Of a stretch of DNA of 64,000 nucleotides, positions 20,591 through 31,470 are shown one piece after another. A program made the position numbers and the translations under genes. The DNA comes from a virus: positions 7,694 to 71,693 of IMG/VR virus record IMGVR_UViG_3300046167_000453; one strand, given 5' to 3'. Each line of letters begins with the position of its first letter. The first letter of the stretch is position 1. The notes under the pieces are model-generated. The model saw only the letters and a list, made by a program, of their open reading frames with translations, did no database searches and was not told where the DNA came from.

Positions 20591-22728
20591 TCACCTCATT
20601 GTTCTAGAAGAACCTGTTCTGTTAATCTTTCATATTAATCATATTACTTAACTCATTAGCAATTCCTTTTCATTTCTTGTTTAGAAGTATCTCTTGCGTT
20701 GATAGTAATATAGTTATTGACAGTCGTTCCACCCATCATTCTATTTGTTTGATAGTTGGTCTTAACTTGCGCCCCTGCTGGTAAATTAACTAATTCCGGC
20801 CCTTGTTCTCCAACAAGAGTCATTCCGCCATGACTTGTTCCACCCATAGCCTTCTTAAAAGGATTTTTAGGTTTTATTGCTTTTGCTAAAGCCTTAATAG
20901 CACCACCCATGTAAATAAATTTAAACATTCTTACCCATAAATCTAGTCCTTTCTCCACATAAACTAAGAAACTATCAACTTTATTTTTAAATTGTATTGC
21001 CATTTTGGTAATTGGTTCAGCGAACCTAGCCCAAAGAACAACAAGCATAGCGGCAATACCTACTACAATTAAGGCAGGTAAGGCTAAGAATGAAAGTGCG
21101 GCTAAAGCCATGCCTACTAACATTTGGATAACAAGAACAGCAACAAGGAATAATCCTATTTTAAGTATAATATCTCCCACTTTCTTTCTAAAAACTTCGT
21201 CGTTTTTAAGTTTAACAAAGAAATCAACAATTAAATCAAATCCTGCTAAAAGTGCAACCCAAGCAACTTTCAATAAGACTTCGCTCGCTTTTAACGCAAA
21301 TGCTATGGCTTTATCTAATGCTATTGCTATATAGTCTAGCATAGCAGTATAATCGCCACCAATGAAACTCATAATCGCTTTGTATATTGTTCTTGCTATT
21401 TCAAAAGCGTCTTGTCCTAATTTTTTAATTTCTACAATTAATCCCATTTGTTCTAAAATGTCATAGAATTTTTTAAGATATGCGAATATGACTGCGGCTG
21501 CGACAATAAATAATATAGCGTATATAAAATACAGCATAGCCATTTTAAATATCGGGCCAACTACTTTAATTAGATTTGCAATTTTCCCTTGAAACTTAGC
21601 GGCAGTCATGCTTCTAATATCTAAAGATTTGAAACCAAGTTTAATAACAGCAAAGCCTTTAGTTATTGGCCCTAAAATTGGAAGAATATTCTTCATAGTG
21701 CCGACTAAATCTTTTCTCATTCCGGTAAGTGCATCGCTAAGGTCATCACTGGCAATTTCGCTCATTTCACCTGCCATTTGTCTTTGCATTCCCTTTTTTG
21801 CCGATTTTCGCCCTTTCCGAATTGATTTATTCATTTGGCGTTTAGTTAATCCCGCAATGTCCCTTGCTCGTTCTTCGGCCATCTCCATTGCTATTTTGAC
21901 TCTTTCTTCATCTAAAGCATAGGCTCTTTTAGCATCTCTTACTCTCAATGAATGTTCTTTATCTAGTATTTCTTTTTTACCATCTAAAACTCTTTTTGCT
22001 CTTTGGATAGCAAGAGTTTCATCATTTGTTGCTAAAAGAACTTTTTGGTAAACTTCTGTGTTTTTTAACGCGTCTAAAGTTTCATCACTTATTTGTTTCA
22101 AAAGACCAATAGTATTCCTCATAGACTCTTCTTTTCTTACCATCCTCGCAAGAGCATCTGTTTCTCTTTTTATTATTTTATTGTTGCTACCCTTTGCTAC
22201 TAAATCACCAAGCAATCTTTGTTGCTTAATTTGGTCTTTTGTAACATCATTTAAGTTATTTATTGTTCTAGCAACACTATTTTTTATACTCTCTGATTTT
22301 TCTGTCTTAGCATTATCATCTTGAACCAAAGCCAATCCATCAGCCATAGCCTGATTTGTGCTAATATATGTTCTTTCGACTTCATACATAATGTCATTTA
22401 ACTTAGCATATTCATCAGATAATTTCCTATATCCTCTTACCGAATCAACTAATATTTTTTGTTCCTTTAAAGCCCTTTCTGAATTTGCTTTTGAACGAGT
22501 TTCAAAACCTGCAATAATTGAGAGATATGCTCTCATTTTATTTTGAAAAGCCCATAAAGGCGTTCCCGAAACTAAACGACTAAATGTAGTCCAAGCCTTA
22601 CCCGCACCTTCCGTAGAAGCGGCAACTGATGTAATTGATTTAGTAAAACCCTTAAACTCGATACCTGAGCGTAAAGTGGCTTTGGTTAAACCATCCATAG
22701 AAGAAACAACATCATCTATTTCAGGCAC
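20591..22728 (-). CDS. Tail tape measure protein
   Basis: Helical Ala/Lys-rich body, hydrophobic segments, C-terminal AMGG...LVGEQGPELV; final about 25 aa in another frame. Confidence 0.85.
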
Positions 22729-22945
22729 GCATTTTCCTCTCCGATTCTTTTTGCATTCTGTCCATTTCTTCAGATTTTAATAATTCTACTTGCATATGAA
22801 CGGATAGTAATTCTTTAACTAAAGTTATTGGCATTTTATATACTTCTAAAGGACTTATTCCTAAAGCCTTAGATAGAGAATAAACGGTAATTAGAGATAT
22901 TAATTTAGGGTTTGATTCTTTACCCTTTAATGTATCTCTAATCAT
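22721..22945 (-). CDS. Tail assembly chaperone, gpT-like part
   Basis: LGISPLEVYKMP; directly upstream of the tape measure gene; reachable by a -1 shift. Confidence 0.7.
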   Translation of the reverse strand: MIRDTLKGKESNPKLISLITVYSLSKALGISPLEVYKMPITLVKELLSVHMQVELLKSEEMDRMQKESERKMRA

Positions 22946-23310
22946 TCGTTTTTTTCTTCATCCTCCTGCATCATAGACATAGGATTAGGAAGTATTTCTT
23001 TTAATTGATTCCCGACATATGGGCTTATTCTAAGCATATCGAGGGTTGAAAGTGATGGTTCAGTCTTTTCAATAAAGTTTTCAACCATATATCTATACAT
23101 GGCTTGTAAGTCAATATCAAAAGACTGTGTTCTTTGGTCTATCTTCATTACTGAATTAAGTGCTTTCTCGGCTTCAAGCCAAGTAGGTTCTTTAATCCAG
23201 ACTTTTAAATATTCATCTGATTCGGGAGACACTTTAATAAAGTGTTCCTTCGCTTCTACAAGTGCAAATAAAGCACTCTTATTCGTTACAATTTTCTTAT
23301 TATTTAACAT
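22942..23310 (-). CDS. Tail assembly chaperone, gpG-like
   Basis: Between tail tube and tape measure genes; ends in a slippery A AAA AAC. Confidence 0.7.
   Translation of the reverse strand: MLNNKKIVTNKSALFALVEAKEHFIKVSPESDEYLKVWIKEPTWLEAEKALNSVMKIDQRTQSFDIDLQAMYRYMVENFIEKTEPSLSTLDMLRISPYVGNQLKEILPNPMSMMQEDEEKNE
22948..22954 (-). other. Programmed -1 frameshift heptamer A AAA AAC
   Basis: GAA GAA AAA AAC GAA TGA; the -1 frame reads K-R-M-I-R-D into ORF 22721-22945. Confidence 0.7.
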
Positions 23311-23365
23311 ATTATCCACCTTCAAAAACCAACAAACAAACAAACGGTGTGTTGGTGGAATATGA

Positions 23366-23488
23366 TTACTCTAATTTAGATTCCTTTTTTGGAGTCACCT
23401 TTGGAGTATCTTTCTTAGCAGGTTTCTTTTTAGAAGCCGCCTTTAATCTTCCTTGAATTAAAATTCCCTTTTCTGCTTTTGAAACCAT
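23366..23488 (-). CDS. 40-aa Lys-rich peptide
   Basis: Hand-translated MVSKAEKG...KKKPAKKDTPK; GGGTGA SD. Confidence 0.55.
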   Translation of the reverse strand: MVSKAEKGILIQGRLKAASKKKPAKKDTPKVTPKKESKLE

Positions 23489-23492
23489 TTAA

Positions 23493-25115
23493 TCACCCCT
23501 GTAAAACCCAATGTGTTTTAACTGTGCAAGAGTTTAAGGTTCTTGGCATAACAGTTCCTTCTACGGTAATTGGGCCTTTATCATCAGGTATAGTAAAATT
23601 AGCAGCACTTAAATAGTAATCTTGTAATTTGATTAAAATTTGTTCACCGTTGGCTTTATCGAATTGTAAAGTAAGAAGGGTTGAAGAAGTGTCTCCTACT
23701 TCTGTTTGATTTAACAATTCTTCAAATAATTTGTCATCAGTTACCATAGCGGTAAAAGCAACTTCATAGTTTCTTTGTGCAGGAATTGCTTCTTTGATTG
23801 ACTTATTACCCACACCAATGAATCTCTTATCTTGTAGATTGTTATTAATAGTAAGAGTTAAGTTTGTAACCTTTAGGAACTGTTGCCCAAAGACACTAAA
23901 TAGCCCACTTGAAAAGAAGAAAGGTTCTAAAAGTTCAACATCTTTATCAGTAGTGCTTGAATCATTGGCTTGTTCAAAGTTAAACAACTGGCGATTATCA
24001 GAAATACCGCCTCTTGCTTCATAAGATTCATCTTGGTCTAATGTGTGAACTGCTCTTGTATTCAAATCCAAAGTCATTTTAACTTCTTCATTTTCATTAG
24101 CGGTCATTGTCAAAGTATTTACACGGTTTCCTCTAGCAATACGAACAAAGGTAGTATCTTCCGAAGCACCATCAGTTGCATTAGTAGTTAATGTTGTAGA
24201 CTTAGCCATAGTTTGTTCTAAAGCAAAGGAAGGTAATTTTTCTCCATTTGATTCTTCAAACTTATAAGTAATTGGGGTTGCTAATGCAGTAGCAGTTGAA
24301 GTGGTTCTATTTAATAATTCAGAAGTTGCCGCAGTATCAAAACCATGAAGTAAAGGCGGAACTAAAGTATCAGATGCTCTTGCGGTTTTATAAAAAATTG
24401 GCCCTTGTTCTAAGAAACTTGTAACTGTGTGTTCTCCTGTTGAATTAGATGATTCAAGATAAACATGTCTTCTATCATCAACAGTGGGTGTTCCATGAGC
24501 ATTTAGTAAATCAGTCGGAGAACGAGCAGAAGGATTTCCAAAAGTAGCAGTAATTTCCGAACACTTACCTAAAGCATAATATAAGAAAGCACCATGATTA
24601 ACTACTAATGCTAAGTTTCCACCAGAAGCAGTTTCAATACCCTTGTATTGATGAGTAAAGTTTCGAGAGCCGCCGAGAGAAAGATTCATTTGTTTCATTT
24701 CCACTTCGACATTCGGGAAAGAAGAAGTTTCAAGAAGACCAAGCCAATTATCAGCGTTTAATCTTTTAACTACCCCATTCGCTTCCCCGACACAAGGCGC
24801 ACCATATCCTCTAATGTGAATAAAGTCACCATCAGCCAAAGTATGCCCATGAGCAGGACTTATAATTAAATCCTTTTCAGTATTTGAAGTAACAGTATGA
24901 GTAGAAATAACAGTTGTTGCACCGCCAGCGTCATATAATTCAACTATACAACCTGTGTATAAATTAGTAACCATTAAAAAATGTGCTTCCCAATCATTAT
25001 GCGCTCTTAATGTGGTTGTAGTGCTGTTTGAGTGGTCTAATGGTATATACAAATCCACTTCGGGAATCATGGTTAAACTGGCTTGGCTTCCTAAAAATAT
25101 ATCTTCTGCTGACAT
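23493..25115 (-). CDS. Major tail tube protein
   Basis: LYYALG, LPSFALE, VNTLTM, LTINNNL motifs; position before the chaperones. Confidence 0.8.
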   Translation of the reverse strand: MSAEDIFLGSQASLTMIPEVDLYIPLDHSNSTTTTLRAHNDWEAHFLMVTNLYTGCIVELYDAGGATTVISTHTVTSNTEKDLIISPAHGHTLADGDFIHIRGYGAPCVGEANGVVKRLNADNWLGLLETSSFPNVEVEMKQMNLSLGGSRNFTHQYKGIETASGGNLALVVNHGAFLYYALGKCSEITATFGNPSARSPTDLLNAHGTPTVDDRRHVYLESSNSTGEHTVTSFLEQGPIFYKTARASDTLVPPLLHGFDTAATSELLNRTTSTATALATPITYKFEESNGEKLPSFALEQTMAKSTTLTTNATDGASEDTTFVRIARGNRVNTLTMTANENEEVKMTLDLNTRAVHTLDQDESYEARGGISDNRQLFNFEQANDSSTTDKDVELLEPFFFSSGLFSVFGQQFLKVTNLTLTINNNLQDKRFIGVGNKSIKEAIPAQRNYEVAFTAMVTDDKLFEELLNQTEVGDTSSTLLTLQFDKANGEQILIKLQDYYLSAANFTIPDDKGPITVEGTVMPRTLNSCTVKTHWVLQG

Positions 25116-25145
25116 GTTATCTCTCTCCTTTCCTTTACAAACTTA

Positions 25146-25655
25146 CTAAGGGAGTGTTAATGCGAATCTTTTTGCTTCTATTGTTAATTTATAGCCGAAT
25201 AAACGCTTACTACGGTCATTACTTTCACTTCTTGAACCAACAAATAATTGATTAAACTTAGACCCATCACTCGCAGTATATCCGGTTCGGCTACGCTCAA
25301 GTGCATGACGGGCGACCAAGTATAAAGCCCTTAGCCTATCCCTGCCAAAATTAGCATCTGTTCCTGCCCTTTCATCGTGAATCGTTCTTATGTGCATAGT
25401 AAATGAATATGTTTCATTTCTAACATCAAAGTGAACAGTGGGGTATTCTAGGCTTTGAGAGTCTTCAAAAAAGATAATGACATCTTTTGCAGTCAAATCG
25501 TAACGAACACCTTTATTCTTTTGTAGGGTTCTTACATCAACAAAGTTTGGAATAGCCACATGGTCGGCTGTAATCGTTCCGGCTTGCTGTAAAGTAGTAG
25601 CGGAAGAAGACCAATTGCTGCTTACTAAATCTATAAGGAGACTGACTTCATCCAT
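25146..25655 (-). CDS. Tail terminator / completion protein
   Basis: Size, beta-rich pattern and position before the tail tube gene. Confidence 0.55.
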   Translation of the reverse strand: MDEVSLLIDLVSSNWSSSATTLQQAGTITADHVAIPNFVDVRTLQKNKGVRYDLTAKDVIIFFEDSQSLEYPTVHFDVRNETYSFTMHIRTIHDERAGTDANFGRDRLRALYLVARHALERSRTGYTASDGSKFNQLFVGSRSESNDRSKRLFGYKLTIEAKRFALTLP

Positions 25656-25852
25656 TCATTCACTTCCTTTGCTATTTTTGCGTTTATTGCTTTAGAAAAA
25701 TTTTCTTCTGCGTTTCGCATAACTTCTTCATCGCTTAAAGATATATCTATTCCTAAAATTTCGGATAATTCTTGAGTTGCTTTTTGCCTTTCTTTTTCAA
25801 TATGTAAGAATCTTTTAAACTCTTTTATCTGAATAAGAGACATATCAAACAT
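25631..25852 (-). CDS. Hypothetical protein
   Basis: ORF track; GGTGA SD. Confidence 0.55.
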   Translation of the reverse strand: MFDMSLIQIKEFKRFLHIEKERQKATQELSEILGIDISLSDEEVMRNAEENFSKAINAKIAKEVNEWMKSVSL

Positions 25853-25856
25853 TTAA

Positions 25857-26402
25857 TCACCCATAAATGCTTTTCTCTCTCTGTCTTTTTGCATTTTGCA
25901 TTTTATTCCATTTATACTCGCTAATATGGTTTGGTCTTTCATGGATAAGTTTTTTTGGTATTGACGGAGGCGAATTACTTTGATTGGTGTTTCGTTGGGC
26001 TACCTCTTTTGCTTCTTCTAATGCTTGAGGGTTTGGCTTTAATACATTTTTCCACGCCGTTTTCTGTCTTACTTCTAAAGGTTCTTGTCTACCATATTGT
26101 GTTCTTTCCATCCTTCTAACAACATTCCCCGATTTAGGAATTGGTGGTGCAGTAGCACTTAATTTTTTATCCATAAGAGCATTAAGTTTATTAGTATAAA
26201 TTTTAATATTTCTTTGATTATTTGATTGTTGGGCTTCTTTCAACTTTGCTTTAATTTGTTCCATTTCTAAATCCGGTGCGGAAGGGATAGGTTTTGCATT
26301 CATATCAGGCTTAGGTGGTGGTTTTGGTGAGTTATTCTCTCCCCTTAGAGTTGCTAATAATTCTGCTTCGTTCACTTTTTTAATTATATCAAACCAATTC
26401 AT
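25857..26402 (-). CDS. WxxILK-tagged basic protein (MNWFDIIKK...)
   Basis: N-terminal tag; AAGGTGA SD. Confidence 0.65.
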   Translation of the reverse strand: MNWFDIIKKVNEAELLATLRGENNSPKPPPKPDMNAKPIPSAPDLEMEQIKAKLKEAQQSNNQRNIKIYTNKLNALMDKKLSATAPPIPKSGNVVRRMERTQYGRQEPLEVRQKTAWKNVLKPNPQALEEAKEVAQRNTNQSNSPPSIPKKLIHERPNHISEYKWNKMQNAKRQREKSIYG

Positions 26403-26413
26403 GTCATTCACCT

Positions 26414-27535
26414 TCAATCAATTAAGAAAACCAAATCCGCTTTGCCCTTGAGCGTGTCATACGCTTCTTTTGTGAGTATATCATACTTTTCCTTCGTGGT
26501 GATGTTGCCACCAGTTTCAGCGATTAAAATAGTTTGGTCGTCATGTCTAAGCAATTCTGCCGCAACTAACATAGTTGTTGCTCTATGAATACTTGACGGA
26601 ACTCGACCATCTCCTGCAATATAAGTGCAAATAATTGAATTTTGAGTATGGTATGGATAGTCTCTTAAAAAGAAAATACGCCCTTCATCCCCTATTGCCC
26701 AGAATGAACCAAGTCTCTTCATATCCTGCATGTCGGTGAACGCAACTGACGAAGTATTCGATGTTTCACCCGCTTTGTCGGTGAGGGTAAGGGTGCATTC
26801 CGAGCCATCTTCACCCGCTAAAAGGCTAGAAATGTTTATTTTGTTGCCGTTATCGGGGTCTGTTGAAGCATAGAAGAAATCCGAGATAGCAAAAGAAGAA
26901 GATTCTTCTGAATTTTTAAACTTTTCAGCATTAGCCCCTGTAAATTGAGCAGTCTTAGATGGGTATTCTTCGTTAATTAAATGACAAATTTCTTGTGCTG
27001 TGGTCTTTGAACCATAAGAAGAATCAAAAGTATTTACAGCATTTGTTCCTCCTTCTCCAGTAAAAAATAAATTAAAGGTCTTACCATTATTCGGTAATTG
27101 TAATGTAATTTTTCTTAGGTGTTTATATCCAGTAGTATCAAGTGTAATGCTCGCTTGTGCTGATGCTAATTCTTGATAACTGTTTCCTTGCCAAACTTGA
27201 AGAGAAATTACTTTTTTAAGTTTTAAAGTATCTAATTGAACAAAGCCAACATAGCCTCCATAGTATGCTTGCATAGGGTGTCGAATAAACTCAAAGTTAT
27301 GAAACTCATTCTTATAGATAATAGGGCGATAGGAACGCTTAACCTTCTCATCTACAATTCCTTCAATATTTTTAATTATTGCGCCTACTTGCGCTTGAGT
27401 TGGATATGTAGAAGTAGAAAAAGCAGGTATTTGCAATAAATCAGAAACTGCATTTTTGTCAGTATAATACCCACTACCTGTTGAATAATCAACATTGATT
27501 GCTGTATAGTCGCTTGGGGAGGATGCAATTGCCAT
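26414..27535 (-). CDS. Head-tail adaptor/connector protein with insertion
   Basis: Y.....V...L N-terminus and TYIAG..VPSSIHRATTMLVA C-terminus typical of gp6/gp15-like adaptors. Confidence 0.7.
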   Translation of the reverse strand: MAIASSPSDYTAINVDYSTGSGYYTDKNAVSDLLQIPAFSTSTYPTQAQVGAIIKNIEGIVDEKVKRSYRPIIYKNEFHNFEFIRHPMQAYYGGYVGFVQLDTLKLKKVISLQVWQGNSYQELASAQASITLDTTGYKHLRKITLQLPNNGKTFNLFFTGEGGTNAVNTFDSSYGSKTTAQEICHLINEEYPSKTAQFTGANAEKFKNSEESSSFAISDFFYASTDPDNGNKINISSLLAGEDGSECTLTLTDKAGETSNTSSVAFTDMQDMKRLGSFWAIGDEGRIFFLRDYPYHTQNSIICTYIAGDGRVPSSIHRATTMLVAAELLRHDDQTILIAETGGNITTKEKYDILTKEAYDTLKGKADLVFLID

Positions 27536-27546
27536 TCTTATTCACC

Positions 27547-29484
27547 TTATGCCAATGAGTTTTCTAAAGTTTTAAATGCTCTTTTAGTTGAGTCTATAAA
27601 TGATTTTGCTGATTTAATATCGCCGCTATCGTATCTTTGTCCATAAGTAGACCTTTGTTTATCTTTAGTGTCAAGTCCAATATTTGCGGCTTTTGTTTCT
27701 ATTCTATGAGTAGCATTGACTAATGAAGGAGATTGAAAAGTATAAGTAGTTGTCGCCTTTATATCCTGTTTATCCATTATGTCATTTCCCTTTTCGTCTT
27801 TCTTTCCAGTTTTATATTTTACATATTTAGTTATAATTTTTTCTATTATTATTTCTATTTCGTATAAAGCCCCATAGTCTCTAAGGGCTTCTGAAAAAGT
27901 AGATTTGATATACGGTTTCAACTTCATTTTAAATGCTTCTTTTGCATCTTTATTGGTAAAGGCAGTCGAAGTAACAGTAACATTAGTTTTTTCTTTTAAA
28001 TCTTCTAGTTTTGCTTGCACATATTCCTTCATTGGGTCAGTAATAGTATCTTTACGCCATTCTTTAAGTTTTCCTATTTCTAATTTCAGCCATGATTTGA
28101 GGCGTTTTACCTCCTTAATATATGTTTTATAAAAGGCTTTACCTTTTTTCTTAGAATCGCTTAACGCTTTAATTCTTTTTACTACTTTTTTCATCTCGGT
28201 ATCAATAATCGAATTAAGAAGAGTTATTTTTTTCCCATCTACTATTCCTATATAATTAATACGATTAAAATTAGGAAGAATGTATTCTCCCCTACTGACT
28301 ATTTTTTTTCTTGTGCCTTTTGGTTTTTCAATTGTCTTTTTTTCACCAGTTTTAGTTTTATAAGTAACTTTATTTTCTGTCCATTTTGGATTTTTGGGTT
28401 TTCCGTATGGAGAGAAGAATTGATTTATTATTTTTTGTTCTTCTTCAGTATATTGAGTTTCAAATTTATCTGCTGTTTGTATTTTTCCAACCATTAATTC
28501 GGCATCTATCGTTTCTATTTTATTAGAATATGACATAATGTATGAAGATATTATGTCATTTACTCCAGAGTTGGTTAAAGTGGTAAATTTTGTAGTATCG
28601 AGAGACAATCCACCGCTAAACTTACCACTTAACGCTTCTTTATTTGCAGTTTTGTTTAAAAATTGAGTTTCAAATATAGCGGAGGTTTGATTTCCAGAAT
28701 TATAATTTTCAGAAGTTAAAGAACCCCCCGATATTTCCTGTCCTCTATAACTATCTTCTTTTTTATCTTTAGCAGAAGTAGTTGTAATACCACCTCTTCC
28801 TTTTCTTTTAATAGAACGAGATTCCATCAAAGAAATAGGGGCATATCCTAATTCTTTAAGGTAAGCAATCTTGCTATTAGGCATAGGATTTTCAGGATTA
28901 TTAAAATCTATTTCTTTAAATCTTATAGAGCGTAACTCCACAATAGTTCTTTTTCCCTTCTTTCCCTTCCTTTCATCTGGGCCTACAACATTTAATTTAG
29001 TGCTACGCCCTTTTTCTTTACCGATATATTTTGTATATTCATCGAATTTTTTATCGGGCATACCTTTTCTTTTTTCTTCTCTTGCTTTTTTATTAGTATC
29101 AGGATTATTTAAAGTAAGAGAAAGGTTACTATTTAAATCTTTAACAGTAAATTTTTCTTTAGTGTTTTTTAGACGCTCTAAGGCTTTTTTTCCAGAAGGG
29201 CTTAATTCTATATTGTGAGTAGTAATCAATTCTTGAATAGGGGTGTTTTCTATCGAAGTTATTGCAGAATTATATACTTTAATGTATTGGTTTTTAATTT
29301 TACCTTCCCAATTCATTATATTAACTTGTTCCATTTCATCTAAAGATAAATCTCTCGCTATTTTTCTATGTGACTTATCTTTATTTGCTAAATACCCACT
29401 AAGTAAAAACAGAACCATTTCTTTTTCAATAGTTATTTTATCTAAAGAAATTTCTTGGCCCGTTCTTGAGTATTTGATTTGCAA
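27547..29484 (-). CDS. Large Lys-rich hypothetical protein
   Basis: 645-aa ORF. Confidence 0.65.
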   Translation of the reverse strand: MQIKYSRTGQEISLDKITIEKEMVLFLLSGYLANKDKSHRKIARDLSLDEMEQVNIMNWEGKIKNQYIKVYNSAITSIENTPIQELITTHNIELSPSGKKALERLKNTKEKFTVKDLNSNLSLTLNNPDTNKKAREEKRKGMPDKKFDEYTKYIGKEKGRSTKLNVVGPDERKGKKGKRTIVELRSIRFKEIDFNNPENPMPNSKIAYLKELGYAPISLMESRSIKRKGRGGITTTSAKDKKEDSYRGQEISGGSLTSENYNSGNQTSAIFETQFLNKTANKEALSGKFSGGLSLDTTKFTTLTNSGVNDIISSYIMSYSNKIETIDAELMVGKIQTADKFETQYTEEEQKIINQFFSPYGKPKNPKWTENKVTYKTKTGEKKTIEKPKGTRKKIVSRGEYILPNFNRINYIGIVDGKKITLLNSIIDTEMKKVVKRIKALSDSKKKGKAFYKTYIKEVKRLKSWLKLEIGKLKEWRKDTITDPMKEYVQAKLEDLKEKTNVTVTSTAFTNKDAKEAFKMKLKPYIKSTFSEALRDYGALYEIEIIIEKIITKYVKYKTGKKDEKGNDIMDKQDIKATTTYTFQSPSLVNATHRIETKAANIGLDTKDKQRSTYGQRYDSGDIKSAKSFIDSTKRAFKTLENSLA

Positions 29485-29495
29485 AGTTAATCAAC

Positions 29496-30161
29496 TCACA
29501 TTAACCATTTAGCCCAAGCCGCACCTTTTTGAATGGCTGAACCTAAATGTAATCCACTTGAAGGAGGTTCATAACTCATTTGATTTTGGGCATCAATCCA
29601 ATATGGCCTTCCATATCCGTCTGTTCCCGATGGAGGAATAGGATAGCCCGAACCATTATTCACAGCACCCTGCATTTGTTGATATTGTTGCGTTTGTCCC
29701 GTCAATCCGGCTACTGCCATACCTGCTGTTGGCCCTGCGGGGTTCATTCCTCCCATGTTTCCACTACCTCCGAATCCTTGAGATTCGAGATATTGTTGCT
29801 TCGCAAGTTTGCGTTGATTTACTACTTCTGAGTTAATTGCCGATTGAAGAATCCTTTGAATATCTAAGTCAATATTTTCTTGAGTAATTCTTTCATACTC
29901 TCTCATAGCATCAGCATCAATGCTTATTTTTGAACCAGTAGTAGTAAAAGATAATTTTGCTAGCATTTGGCTAACTACTCTCTCTACTACATCTTCCATT
30001 AATTTTTCAAATGTGCTTAAAAATTGCTCACCATGATATTGAAAAAATTCTTCTACATGGTTGTCTTGTAAAGAAAGTAAGTTATTTACATTCTTAAATT
30101 GTTGGTCGTTTTGTGCGTGAACTGCACCCATTACTGCTTTGTTACTTGTTCCAAATACCAT
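29496..30161 (-). CDS. Helical protein with a Gly/Gln/Pro-rich tail (GTPase operon)
   Basis: ORF track; C-terminal amphipathic GAAWAKWLM. Confidence 0.7.
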   Translation of the reverse strand: MVFGTSNKAVMGAVHAQNDQQFKNVNNLLSLQDNHVEEFFQYHGEQFLSTFEKLMEDVVERVVSQMLAKLSFTTTGSKISIDADAMREYERITQENIDLDIQRILQSAINSEVVNQRKLAKQQYLESQGFGGSGNMGGMNPAGPTAGMAVAGLTGQTQQYQQMQGAVNNGSGYPIPPSGTDGYGRPYWIDAQNQMSYEPPSSGLHLGSAIQKGAAWAKWLM

Positions 30162-30163
30162 GA

Positions 30164-30792
30164 TTATTCCTCTCCTTTGTTATTAGTTACCATTGATTGT
30201 AGTCTTTTGGTATTAGTTTCTATCTCGGCTATTAGCCGAATTACTTCCGCCATCTCGCTCTCATTATCCTTGACAACGGGGGGCGTTATAATCCATCCGG
30301 TTGATGTCAGCGACAAGACATCATCTCTCGATAAAGTCTTCAATGGGCCACCCTTTAGCATTTGTGGCACTTTAGGTCTAGGAATGAATGCTTTAAAATC
30401 TAATCCATGTTCGTCTGCTAAAATCTGTTGCTGTAACATCTCCATCTGTTTATGAATATTTGCGTGTTTAGGGCAATAAGTTCCTCTTAAGGGTCTTCCC
30501 TTAGTGACATTATCTAAAGGAATAGGAGGGCGCATATAATCACCCGATTCCCAAATGTGGTGCATTCCACAAACCACACACCTATCCTTGAGATTAAACT
30601 TATATCCATACTTAATAATGAATTTTTTCTTCTCCGGCAAAAGAACTTTTTGATTTCTTTTAATTGCTTCTTAGGTTTTAATGCCGTAAAAGTATATTCT
30701 TCGATAGAACCCGCACTCCTAAACTGTTGTAGTTTAGGTAAAAATAAATTCTTTGTTTGCGGGCTGTTTATTAAATTCGGTTGTTGATACAT
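30164..30792 (-). CDS. Zn-finger protein with C-terminal coiled coil (GTPase operon; one indel near 30650)
   Basis: CVVCG...YCPKH; ORF 30514-30792 joins 30164-30640 if one A is restored. Confidence 0.65.
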
Positions 30793-30801
30793 GTTAATTC
30801 C

Positions 30802-31470
30802 TCAGTAATCTTTTATTAGCGTAGTAATTCCTTTATAGACCATTTCGGGGTCAGACTTTGCCGATACTATATATTTGAATGTTGGTATTCCTTTATCATT
30901 TAATTGTCGCATACCATACTTAAACGGTTCATAAATATCGTGCTTGTCAATTGATTGCCCTTCTCTTAATGGATATTTGTCTCCCCATATGTCATACTTA
31001 TTTGCCCAAATACTTACAGCCATAGGGTAATCTGCTTCTTTTTTTCTTTTTCCATTCGGCCAAATATTAGAGGTAATTGTATCTACTAAAAATTTCCATG
31101 CTAATTGATGGTCTAAGTTAGATGTTGAATCCAAATGCCTATGGTCTATCATAAAAATAATATATTTAACCTTTCTAGATTTCATGTCTTCGACCCATTG
31201 TTTCCAATACATCGCTTCTCCGCCAATATCTGCACTTTTCAATGTATGAGAGTCTCCGTCAAACTTAACTACTTTTCTACTCGCTCTTTCCAAACCAACT
31301 GTTCTTTTATTGATTTGTTGGACTTCGCCTCTTGTTCTTAATTGGTAACTTAATGTTGTTTTACCAACCATAGTAGCACCATAAACTCCAAAATTAATAG
31401 CGTGGACTCTTTTATAAAAAGCCACTACTGCTTCTGTAATTAGAATCGCAAAGCCCGCCATTACTGACAT
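30802..31470 (-). CDS. Arf/Sar-like small GTPase with a hydrophobic N-terminal helix
   Basis: G1 GATMVGKT, G2 RTVG, G3 DIGG, IIFMID, G4 ANKYD, G5 SAK. Confidence 0.88.
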   Translation of the reverse strand: MSVMAGFAILITEAVVAFYKRVHAINFGVYGATMVGKTTLSYQLRTRGEVQQINKRTVGLERASRKVVKFDGDSHTLKSADIGGEAMYWKQWVEDMKSRKVKYIIFMIDHRHLDSTSNLDHQLAWKFLVDTITSNIWPNGKRKKEADYPMAVSIWANKYDIWGDKYPLREGQSIDKHDIYEPFKYGMRQLNDKGIPTFKYIVSAKSDPEMVYKGITTLIKDY

